The position numbers and the translations under genes are program-made. Below, piece after piece: positions 31,300 through 39,522 of a DNA stretch of 64,000 bases; within the stretch, counting starts at the first letter, position 1, and each line of letters begins with the position of its first letter. This DNA is from an uncultured delta proteobacterium (GTDB lineage Bacteria > Myxococcota_A > UBA9160 > SMWR01): positions 512,001 through 576,000 of the forward strand of contig CAWHTE010000003.1 in the NCBI GenBank assembly GCA_963832165.1, given 5' to 3'. The notes under the pieces were generated by a model. The model was not told the origin of the DNA, ran no database searches, and saw only the letters and a program-made list of their open reading frames with translations.

Positions 31300-32496
31300 A
31301 TGGACGATTACACGCTCGTGCTCAACGCGGGCTCGTCGAGCCTGAAGTTCTGCATCTACCGGCGGCCGCCCGGCGATGCCTGGCGGCTCGAGACCCGCGG
31401 CCAGATCGAGGGGATCGGCACCGCACCGCAGCTCTCCGCGGTGGATGGTGCGGACGCAGTGCTCGTCGATCAGAAGCTCGAGGCGAGCGTGCGCGACGGG
31501 CGCAGCGCGATCGAATCGCTCGCGGAGTGGATCCGCTCCCGATACGCGGGCGCGCGCGTGCTCGCGGTGGGCCACCGCGTGGTGCACGGCGGACCGCGCT
31601 ATGCGCGGCCCACGCTCGTCACGCAAGAGGTGCTGGACGACCTGCGCGAGCTGGTACCGCTCGCGCCGCTGCACCAGCCGCACAATCTCGCGGCGATCGA
31701 GGCGGTGCGCGAGCGGCTCCCCGACGTGCCACAGGTGGCCTGCTTCGATACCGCGTTCCACCGCGGCCAGCCGGCCGTCGCCGAGGTGGTCCCGCTCCCG
31801 CGCGATCTCTGCCGCGGCGGCGTGCAGCGCTACGGCTTCCACGGCCTCTCGTACGAATACATCGCGTCGGTGCTGCCCGAGGTCGCGCCCGAGATCGCCG
31901 ACCGGCGCGTGATCGTCGCGCATCTCGGGAGCGGTGCGAGCCTGTGTGCGATGCGCGGCCGCAAGAGCCTCGACAGCACGCTCGGATTCACGGCGCTCGA
32001 CGGGCTGTGCATGGGCACGCGGCCGGGCGCGCTTGATCCCGGCGTCGTGCTCTACCTGTTCCAGAACCTCGGACTCTCCGACAAGGAGGTCGAGGCGATC
32101 CTCTACAAGAAGTCGGGGCTGCTCGGGATCTCCGGGATCAGCAACGATATGCGCGTCCTGCTCGCGAGCAGCGAGCCCAGCGCGCGCCTCGCCGTCGACT
32201 ACTTCGTGTACCGCGCGGCGAAGGAGATCGGCGCGCTCTCCGCGGTGCTCGGCGGGCTCGACGCGCTGGTCTTCTGCGCGGGGATCGGCGAGCGCTCGGC
32301 GGAGATCCGCGGGCGGATCTGCGAGGCTTCGCGCTGGCTCGGGATCGAGCTCGACGCCGACGCGAACGCGCGCGGTAGGCCGCGCATCACACGCGCGGGC
32401 AGCCGGACGTCTGCGTGGGTGATCCCGACCAACGAGGAGCTCATGATCGCGCGCCACGCGAGCGCGCTGCTCGATCTCGGAGAGGTGCGCGGGTGA
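31300..32496 (+). CDS. ackA: Acetate/propionate kinase
   Basis: LVLNAGSSSLKF, GHRVVHGG, LAPLHQP, FDTAFH, RYGFHGLSY, HLGSGAS, MGTRPG, IPTNEE. Confidence 0.95.
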   Translation: MDDYTLVLNAGSSSLKFCIYRRPPGDAWRLETRGQIEGIGTAPQLSAVDGADAVLVDQKLEASVRDGRSAIESLAEWIRSRYAGARVLAVGHRVVHGGPRYARPTLVTQEVLDDLRELVPLAPLHQPHNLAAIEAVRERLPDVPQVACFDTAFHRGQPAVAEVVPLPRDLCRGGVQRYGFHGLSYEYIASVLPEVAPEIADRRVIVAHLGSGASLCAMRGRKSLDSTLGFTALDGLCMGTRPGALDPGVVLYLFQNLGLSDKEVEAILYKKSGLLGISGISNDMRVLLASSEPSARLAVDYFVYRAAKEIGALSAVLGGLDALVFCAGIGERSAEIRGRICEASRWLGIELDADANARGRPRITRAGSRTSAWVIPTNEELMIARHASALLDLGEVRG

Positions 32497-34889
32497 TTCG
32501 GCAACGCCAGACGAATCCGGGCTGGCTCGTGCTCGTCGCGTGCGTGATCGGCATGGCAGGCGCCGCATTCGCCATGGACGGGGACCCGGAATGGATCCGA
32601 CCCGAAGCCGTGCCGGGACGGGCCGACGCGCTGCTCACCGAGCTCGAGACGGCCAAGCCCAGCGTCGCCCAACAGGAGAAGCTCCTCGGCGTCGAGCGGA
32701 GCTTTGGCGAGCTCGTGCCGCGGCTCGATGCACTGAACGGTCGGATCGAGACGGCGCTCGCGGGCGACACGGAGCTGGAACAGCTCGAGGACCTGAGGCG
32801 CGAGCTCGTTGCGAGTGTATCGCCACTCACTACCTGGCACGCGGTCCTCGAGGCCGAGACCCAGCGCCTGTCGGGCGCACTGGATCGGATCCAACACGCG
32901 CACGAGGTGTGGTCGGCGACGCTCTCGCGAGCCGAGACGGCCGAGGCGGACGCAGCGGTTGCGCGGCGCGTGCGCGCGTCGCTCCAGCTGCTGGAGGAGG
33001 GGACGGTCTCGCTGCGTGCGTGGCGCGACCGCGTGCTGGCGCTCCACGATCGCGTGCTCGAGCGACGCACCTCGGTGACGTCCGTGCTTGCCCGCCTCGA
33101 GGCAACCGCCAAGGTCGAGCGCAAGGGGCTGCTCGTTCCCGATCGGCCGCCGCTCTGGCGGACCGGATATACGGAGGCTCTCCGCAGGGAGCAGCCTCGG
33201 ATCTTCGAGAACGTCGGCGGCTTCGTGACGCAGAATCGCGACTATCTGCTGTCCGATCCCCGCCCGCTGATCGCGCAGCTGGTGCTCATCGCTTTGCTCG
33301 CGGTCGTCCTGCGCCAGGCGGCGCCGAGGGCGCGACAGCGCGCCGCGCTGACGCCGGAGCTCGCCGATGCAGCGCGCGTGCTGGAGCGTCCGATCGCGAT
33401 CGCAACGCTCCTGGTGCTGCTCGCCACCCCGTGGCTCCAGCCGCTCGCGCCGCGGCGCTTCATCCAGGTCATGGCGCTGGTCGCGCTGATCGCGGTGGCG
33501 CGCGTGGTCTCTCACACGTCCCGGGAGTCGAGCGGCGTCGCGCTCGCGAGTCTGTTCGGCTTGCTCCTGCTCGACCGCCTGGCGCTCGCCGTCGAAGAGC
33601 TTCCGACCGTTGCGCAGACGCTCTTCCTGATCGAGCTCGGGCTCGGTCTGTTCTTCGCGATCCATGTGGCGCGGCGCGGCGGTCTCGTGGGCCGCGGGCT
33701 CCGCTGGGTGAGAAACGGAGCGCGGGTTGCCGCGGTGGCGCTCGCGATCGCGCTGGCGGCAGAGGTGGGCGGCTGGGGTCAGCTCGCGAGGTTGCTCGGG
33801 GGCGGCGCGATCGTAGCCGCACTGACCGCCGTCTTCGTCTGGGCGGCCGTGACGGCATTGGACGCGCTGCTCGTCTGGACCCTCCATTCGCCGCGCTGGG
33901 GGCGACTGCTGCGGGGTGGGCGTTTCGCGCGGCGCCTGGTTCGCTGGCTGGGCATCGGCGTCTGGCTCTATCTCCTCGTCGTCAGCGTGGGCCAGCGCGA
34001 TTGGGTGGCCCAGTTGCTGGGGCGCATCCTCGATGCCGGCATCTCGGTCGGCGCGCTCTCGCTCACGCTCGGCGGCGTGCTCGTGTTTGCGCTCACGCTC
34101 GCGGCGTCGCCGTTCATCGCGCGCGCGATCGTCGTCGTGCTCGAGGAGGGGGTCTACCCGCGCGCGCACTTGTCGCGCGGCATGCCGTACGCGCTGTCCA
34201 CGATGGTGCGCTATGCGGTCTACTCGTTCGCGTTCATCGCAGCGCTCGCGGCCGCGGGCGTGCACCTCTCCCAGCTCTCCATCCTGCTCGGTGGCCTCGG
34301 CGTCGGTGTGGGTCTCGGCCTGCAGGACTTCGTCAAGAACTTCGCCGCCGGGCTCACGCTGCTGTTCGAGCGGCGCGTGCACGTGGGAGACGTCGTGCAG
34401 ATTCCGAGCCGCGAGATCTTCGGGCGCGTGCTCCAGATCGGGATGCGCGCCGTGATGGTCCGGAATTGGGACGGGGCCGAGGTGATCGTTCCCAACATGG
34501 ACCTGATCTCGGGTGCGGTCACCAACTGGACGTTGTCCGACCAGCAGCGCCGCATCGAGATACCCGTCGGCGCGGCCTACGGGACCGATCCGGAGCAGGT
34601 GATCTCGCTCCTGCTCGGGGTGGCGCGCGCGCACGAGGACGTCCTCGAGCATCCGCCTCCCCTTGCGCTCTTCCAGGGCTTCGGCGAGAGCTCGCTCGAC
34701 TTCGTGTTGCGCTCATGGACCGATCGCGACTACGACCGCACATCGGCGATCCGCAGCGAGCTCGCGCTCGGAATACACCGCAGCCTGAGCGAGGCCGGCA
34801 TCGAGATCCCGTTCCCGCAACGCGACCTGCACGTCGCGAGCGTCTCCGCGTCGGTGCGCGCCGCCCTGGCCGGAAAGGACGACGACTAG
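32493..34889 (+). CDS. Mechanosensitive channel, MscS family with long periplasmic/TM extension (MscK-like)
   Basis: GGLGVGVGLGLQDFVKNFAAG..LLFER, IGMRA, VPNMDLI..VTNWT, VGAAYGTD, FGESSLDF, IEIPFPQRDLH. Confidence 0.9.
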   Translation: MIRQRQTNPGWLVLVACVIGMAGAAFAMDGDPEWIRPEAVPGRADALLTELETAKPSVAQQEKLLGVERSFGELVPRLDALNGRIETALAGDTELEQLEDLRRELVASVSPLTTWHAVLEAETQRLSGALDRIQHAHEVWSATLSRAETAEADAAVARRVRASLQLLEEGTVSLRAWRDRVLALHDRVLERRTSVTSVLARLEATAKVERKGLLVPDRPPLWRTGYTEALRREQPRIFENVGGFVTQNRDYLLSDPRPLIAQLVLIALLAVVLRQAAPRARQRAALTPELADAARVLERPIAIATLLVLLATPWLQPLAPRRFIQVMALVALIAVARVVSHTSRESSGVALASLFGLLLLDRLALAVEELPTVAQTLFLIELGLGLFFAIHVARRGGLVGRGLRWVRNGARVAAVALAIALAAEVGGWGQLARLLGGGAIVAALTAVFVWAAVTALDALLVWTLHSPRWGRLLRGGRFARRLVRWLGIGVWLYLLVVSVGQRDWVAQLLGRILDAGISVGALSLTLGGVLVFALTLAASPFIARAIVVVLEEGVYPRAHLSRGMPYALSTMVRYAVYSFAFIAALAAAGVHLSQLSILLGGLGVGVGLGLQDFVKNFAAGLTLLFERRVHVGDVVQIPSREIFGRVLQIGMRAVMVRNWDGAEVIVPNMDLISGAVTNWTLSDQQRRIEIPVGAAYGTDPEQVISLLLGVARAHEDVLEHPPPLALFQGFGESSLDFVLRSWTDRDYDRTSAIRSELALGIHRSLSEAGIEIPFPQRDLHVASVSASVRAALAGKDDD

Positions 34890-34933
34890 CCTCGCACGGA
34901 CGCTTTGGCTCCGCTTCCCGTTGGCGGTAGAGC

Positions 34934-35830
34934 ATGACCACGTTCCATTCCTCCTCGCGCGAGGTGGCTCGACGCGCTCGGCGATGCCGCGTCGCTGCAG
35001 GGCTGGCGGTTTGTCTGCTCTGCGCGGCGCGGTCGCTTCCGGCGGAGGAAGCGGCGACGGCGCCGACCGCCTCGAACGTCGCGGCCGAGTTCAGCGATCC
35101 GCTCACGACGCTCCCGCAGATCTTTCTCCAGAACGCCTACACCCCGGACAATCACGGCACCGACGCCGCGACCAACCGTCTGACCGCCCGGCTGATCGTT
35201 CCGCGCGTTCCGAGCACGGCGCTGCTGCCGTTCATCCAGCTGATCCGGCCCAGCGTCTCGCTCGTGACGGTGCCGGAGGGCAGGGGCGAGGCCACGCGTA
35301 CCGAGTTCGGCGATGCGCAGCTCTTCGACCTGGGAGTCCTGCCATGGGGGCGCGAGAGCGGTCTGTTGATGGGCGCGGGACCGGTGTTCGTGTTCCCGAC
35401 CGCGACGCACCGGACCGCTGGCCAAGGCGCCTGGCAGGTGGGTCCTGCTTTCGCCGCGATCTACAAGGGTGTGCCGGGCCTGCTGCTCGGGGTGCTGGTG
35501 CAGAATCCGATCTCGTTCGCCTACACCGATGCGGACCGCGACCCGGTCAGCACGCTGCTCGTCCAGCCGATCGCGCTGGCCTATCTCGGACGCGGCTTCT
35601 ACGTGAAGTCCGCCGACGCCACGCTCGTTCGCGGGTGGCACGACGGGTCGGCGACCGTCCTGCCGGTCAGCCTCGGGCTCGGATATGTCCGGGTGCGCGA
35701 GGGGTGGCCGCCGATCAACATCTTCGCGAGCGGCGAGTGGACCGCCTATCGACGGCACGCGCCCGTGGCACCGGAGTGGACCGCGCGCATCGGTGTGACG
35801 GTGGCCTTTCCGCAGTGGCGGCCGTGGTAG
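34934..35830 (+). CDS. Hypothetical outer-membrane beta-barrel protein
   Basis: Signal-like segment; FGD..LFDL, GAGPVFVFPTAT...GQGAWQVGPA, beta strands ending VTVAFP. Confidence 0.65.
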   Translation: MTTFHSSSREVARRARRCRVAAGLAVCLLCAARSLPAEEAATAPTASNVAAEFSDPLTTLPQIFLQNAYTPDNHGTDAATNRLTARLIVPRVPSTALLPFIQLIRPSVSLVTVPEGRGEATRTEFGDAQLFDLGVLPWGRESGLLMGAGPVFVFPTATHRTAGQGAWQVGPAFAAIYKGVPGLLLGVLVQNPISFAYTDADRDPVSTLLVQPIALAYLGRGFYVKSADATLVRGWHDGSATVLPVSLGLGYVRVREGWPPINIFASGEWTAYRRHAPVAPEWTARIGVTVAFPQWRPW

Positions 35831-35845
35831 CGCCACGTGCGCGGA

Positions 35846-36499
35846 TCACGAGCGCCGTTCCTGCTGGCGGTACAGGCTGACCAGACGCGCGACGAGAACC
35901 GCCAGGTACAACTGACCCGCCACCGCCTCGAGTATCGCGAGGCCGCGCGCCGGACCGCTCACGGGCACGACGTCGCCGTAGCCCAGCGTCGCGAGCGTCA
36001 CGAAGCTGAAGTAGAAGCCGCTGCCGAGATCGAGATCGGCCTCGAGCGGTGCGCCGAACGATTCCGGTGCGATCTGATCGAGCAGCGCATAGCCGACGCC
36101 GAAGATGAGCCCGACCAGGAGATAGACGTCGAGCGCGGCGAACAGGTGCTCGCTGTCCACGGTTCCAGCCCGGATTGCGAAGCGTGCCGTCGCCGCCGTG
36201 GCCAGCGCGGCCGTCACGAGCCACGCGAGCTGGCTGATCGGCTGTAGCACCGCGAAGCCGAGCGGAACGGTCAGGCCCCGAGCCGCGACACACGCGACCG
36301 CAAGCAGCACGAGCACGCGAACCCAGCGCTCGCGCGCGGCGCTGGCGATCGCGGCCACGAGATTCGCCGCGAGCAGCCACTCGAGCGGATTGAACCGCAA
36401 CAGCGATTCGAGCACGGGATTGACCGCGATCGTGAGCAGCAGCGAGACGAACAGCCAGGCGAATCGATGGCGGAGATAGCGCGCGAACAGGGTTTCCAT
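35846..36499 (-). CDS. Potassium channel family protein (Ion_trans_2)
   Basis: Pore motif YFSFVTLATLGYGDVVP; EAVAGQLYLAVLVARLVS. Confidence 0.9.
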   Translation of the reverse strand: METLFARYLRHRFAWLFVSLLLTIAVNPVLESLLRFNPLEWLLAANLVAAIASAARERWVRVLVLLAVACVAARGLTVPLGFAVLQPISQLAWLVTAALATAATARFAIRAGTVDSEHLFAALDVYLLVGLIFGVGYALLDQIAPESFGAPLEADLDLGSGFYFSFVTLATLGYGDVVPVSGPARGLAILEAVAGQLYLAVLVARLVSLYRQQERRS

Positions 36500-36529
36500 G
36501 GCGCGTTCGTCGCGGCCGATTCTAGCGGG

Positions 36530-36557
36530 TTGATCGCGCATGCCGACTTCCTATAGT
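36530..36557 (+). promoter_or_regulatory. Putative sigma70 promoter (TTGATC-N16-TATAGT) for the TerB-like gene
   Basis: Near-consensus hexamers upstream of GGAGG and ATG 36585; an opposite-strand TAGAAT at 36519-36524 may serve the K+ channel gene. Confidence 0.5.
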
Positions 36558-36584
36558 CGCGAGCAACCGGAGGTGGGCGCTGCG

Positions 36585-37181
36585 ATGAAGGACGTCCTCA
36601 AGGATCGCGGGCGGGGCGAGGAGGCCGACTACTTCCGCAAGCAGGATCAGAAGCTCCTGCAGAAGATGCGGGAACGGGCGGCGCTCGAAGACGTGGCGGG
36701 GGCGCTCGCGGACAAGCTCCGGGTGGACGACGCCGAGCTCCTGAAGCGCGTCATCGATCTCGGGCTCACGCGGGATACCGGAGCGGCGATCCTGCTGGTG
36801 CCGCTCGTTCAGGTCGCGTGGGCCGAGGGATCCGTGAGCCCGAAGGAGCGCGAGGTGGTGTTCGAGATCGCCGCGTCGCGCGGCATCGAGGCCGGCTCGG
36901 CCGCGCATCAACAGCTCACGTCGTGGCTCGAGAAGCGGCCGTCCGACGCGCTCTTCGAGACGGCCCTGGAAGTGATGAAGTCCGGCATCGCCGTGCTTCC
37001 CGACGACGAGCGGGAAGAGCGGGTGCGCGACATCGTAGGAGCCTGCACCCGCGTCGCGGAGGCGAGCGGCGGTGGGCTAGGGAAGATCCTGGGAATCAAG
37101 ACGGGCGTCGTCGGCCAGGAGTCGGCCGTGCTCGACGCGATCGGAGCGAAGCTCCGCAGCAGCGGCTCGGCGCGCGGGTAG
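36585..37181 (+). CDS. TerB-like domain protein with charged N-terminal helix
   Basis: LVPLVQVAWAEGSVSPKERE, WLEKRP, VAEASGG.LG; start placed after GGAGG. Confidence 0.7.
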   Translation: MKDVLKDRGRGEEADYFRKQDQKLLQKMRERAALEDVAGALADKLRVDDAELLKRVIDLGLTRDTGAAILLVPLVQVAWAEGSVSPKEREVVFEIAASRGIEAGSAAHQQLTSWLEKRPSDALFETALEVMKSGIAVLPDDEREERVRDIVGACTRVAEASGGGLGKILGIKTGVVGQESAVLDAIGAKLRSSGSARG

Positions 37182-37200
37182 CGCCGCGAGAAGACGCCGC

Positions 37201-37229
37201 GCCGTGAGCAGCACACGGCTGCTCACGGC
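37201..37229. terminator. Perfect 12-bp hairpin between convergent genes
   Basis: GCCGTGAGCAGC-acacg-GCTGCTCACGGC; no strong U-tract on either side. Confidence 0.55.
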
Positions 37230-37241
37230 ACGGCGGTTGTC

Positions 37242-38369
37242 TCAGTCGATCACTTCGATCTCGGTGCGCCGGTTCGTCGCGCGGCCCTCGGCCGTGGTGT
37301 TCTCGGCGGCCGGGCTCGCCTCACCGAAGCCCTTGGCCTCGAGCCGGGCCGTCTCGATTCCCTGGGAGGCGAGGTAGCTGCGCGCGGCCTCGGCGCGGCG
37401 GTCGGAGAGCGCGAGGTTGTGGGCATCCGAGGCGGTCGAGTCGGTATGGCCGTCGATCTGGACGCGCAGCTTCGGGTTCTTCTGCAGGACCGTCGCGACC
37501 TCGTCGAGCGCCTGCTTGCCCTTCGCGTCGATCGCGGCGCTGTCGGTGGCGAACCGCAGTCCCTTCACGACCCAGCAGCCGCGCGCATCCACCGCAGCGC
37601 CGCGCGGCGTGCCCGGGCACGAATCCCGGTCGTCGATCACTCCGTCGGCGTCGAGATCGCGCGGCGCTGCCGCGACATCCGGGGTGGCCTCGCCGAGGAA
37701 TACGTCGCGCTCGAGCTGATGCAGCGAGGCGACCGTCGTGACGCCGTCGGCCGCGCGGAAGCTGCCGCACTCGGTCGTGTCGGAGAGCTGCTTCAGGAAC
37801 GTCGTGCCGTCCGGATCCGATCCGGTCTGCACGGTGTGCAGGCAGATGGTGCCCGAATAGTTCTTCTTCAATCCCGCCACGGCATCGAGCGCGAGCTGCG
37901 GGTCGATCTCCCGGCCGATCTCGTCCGTGAGCAGTCCGTCGCTGTAGAGCACGATCGCCGCACGGCCACTCTTGCCGTGCAAGGCGCCGCCGGCTTCCGC
38001 GATCGCCTTGTGGATCGGCGTGCCCTCGTTGAGGTGGACGATCTGCGCGGTCTCCGCGACCACGCGACCGCGCTCGAACTCCGAGAGCGGCGCGTTGGTG
38101 CGGTCGAAGCCGCCGAACGCGATCGATCCCGTTTCGTAGTCGCCCTGCGGCATCGAGCGCGCGAACGACTGCACGAGACCCTGCTGGTCGCGGAACTCCC
38201 CTTTCACCGAGTTCGACGCATCGACGAGCACGATCACCTGATCGACCGCCACCTCCTCGCCGGTTCCCGGAACGAGCGGGGGCGCGTTGATCGAAGCAGT
38301 CGGAGGCGGAGGGGAGGCACACGCGAGTGCGAACATCGCGAGAACAGTGAGTGCTGAACGGGCAAACAT
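37242..38369 (-). CDS. Lipoprotein with VWA domain, TSP3-like Ca-binding repeat and OmpA C-terminal domain
   Basis: Lipobox ALAC; MIDAS VLVDASNS; DLDADGVIDDRDSCPGTP; IDGHTDS..NLALSDRRA, GFGEASP, NRRTE. Confidence 0.88.
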   Translation of the reverse strand: MFARSALTVLAMFALACASPPPPTASINAPPLVPGTGEEVAVDQVIVLVDASNSVKGEFRDQQGLVQSFARSMPQGDYETGSIAFGGFDRTNAPLSEFERGRVVAETAQIVHLNEGTPIHKAIAEAGGALHGKSGRAAIVLYSDGLLTDEIGREIDPQLALDAVAGLKKNYSGTICLHTVQTGSDPDGTTFLKQLSDTTECGSFRAADGVTTVASLHQLERDVFLGEATPDVAAAPRDLDADGVIDDRDSCPGTPRGAAVDARGCWVVKGLRFATDSAAIDAKGKQALDEVATVLQKNPKLRVQIDGHTDSTASDAHNLALSDRRAEAARSYLASQGIETARLEAKGFGEASPAAENTTAEGRATNRRTEIEVID

Positions 38370-38580
38370 GATCGGACCTCGCTTTCGGCCCGCGGACGGG
38401 CTGGGCCCCAATCCTACTATTTCCTGGTTCCAGAGGGGGACTATTGAGAAGCCTCTACACGGGGTGTCAACGGATTGACGGTGCCCGCGCGGCTGTGGAT
38501 CCATAGGGGCGTTCCAGGAGATCCACATGTTGTGTAGGGGCCCGGCTGAACGAGCGGATTTCCTCGGGAAAGGCCGCTGA

Positions 38581-39522
38581 ATGCGCCTGACACTGAGCAT
38601 CCCGAGCTTCGGCCCGTTCTTCCCGGCCGACCGGCTGCACGAGGTGGTCGACCTAGCGCGGCGCGCCGAAGCGGCCGGTGTCGACACCGTGATCGTGCCC
38701 GACCACGTGGTGATGAGCGAGCACACGGACGCCTACGAGTGGGGGCCGTTTCCGTTCCCGATCGAGGTGCCGTGGCTCGAGCCGCTCACCGTGCTCGCGG
38801 CGATCGCGGGTGCGACCTCGCGCGTGCGGCTCGCCACGGGCATTCTGATCGCGCCGCTGCGCCCCGCGATCGTGCTCGCGAAGACCGCCGCGACGCTCGA
38901 CGTGCTCTCGCAGGGCCGGCTCGAGCTCGGCGTGGGAGTCGGCTGGCAGCGCGAGGAGTTCGAGGCGGCCGGTCTCGACTTCGATCGGCGCGCGCAGCGG
39001 CTCGACGACACGATCGCCGCCTGCCGCGTGCTCTGGACCGATTCGCCGGCCTCGTTCTCTTCGGAGACGGTCTCGTTCGAGAAGATCTGGTGTGAGCCGA
39101 GACCCGCGCAGCGCATTCCCGTGTGGTTCTCGGGAACGCTGCACAAGCGGAATCTCGAGCGCATCGTGCGCTGGGGAGACGGCTGGATCCCGATCATGAC
39201 GGCGACGCGCAGCGACGTCGCCGAGGGTGCGAAGCGTCTCGCCGACGCGTTCGCGCGCGCGGGCCGCGATGCGAGCGCGCTCAAGGTGCGCGGCTCGCTC
39301 GAGCTGCGCATGGGCGCGAACGGACGCCCCGACCTCGCGGCGACGCTCGCGAGCGCGCACGACCTCGCCGCCGCGGGCGCCACCGACGTACAGCTCGGAC
39401 TGCTCGCGTTCGTTCGAAAGCCCGAGCAGCTCGACGCGTTCTTCGAGGAATTGCGCGAACGCTGGACGCAAGTTTCGCGCAGCGAGCCGCAGGCGAGCGA
39501 AGACCATCGGGTGGGCAAATGA
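38581..39522 (+). CDS. LLM-class (luciferase-like) putatively F420-dependent oxidoreductase, Rv2161c-like
   Basis: PDHVV, WLEPLTVLAAIAGATSRVRLATGILIAPLR, LAKTAATLDVLSQGRLELGVGVGWQREE. Confidence 0.85.
   Translation: MRLTLSIPSFGPFFPADRLHEVVDLARRAEAAGVDTVIVPDHVVMSEHTDAYEWGPFPFPIEVPWLEPLTVLAAIAGATSRVRLATGILIAPLRPAIVLAKTAATLDVLSQGRLELGVGVGWQREEFEAAGLDFDRRAQRLDDTIAACRVLWTDSPASFSSETVSFEKIWCEPRPAQRIPVWFSGTLHKRNLERIVRWGDGWIPIMTATRSDVAEGAKRLADAFARAGRDASALKVRGSLELRMGANGRPDLAATLASAHDLAAAGATDVQLGLLAFVRKPEQLDAFFEELRERWTQVSRSEPQASEDHRVGK
39476..39514 (+). repeat. Short repeat copy 1, encodes RSEPQASEDHRV at the LLM C-terminus
   Basis: CGCGCAGCGAGCCGCAGGCGAGCGAAGACCATCGGGTGG; a similar copy begins at 40616. 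Confidence 0.65.

Noticed and set aside
38490..38530. DnaA-box-like TGTGGATCC and AGATCCACA suggesting an origin
   Set aside because: Only two boxes with two mismatches each, no AT-rich unwinding element and no origin-linked genes.
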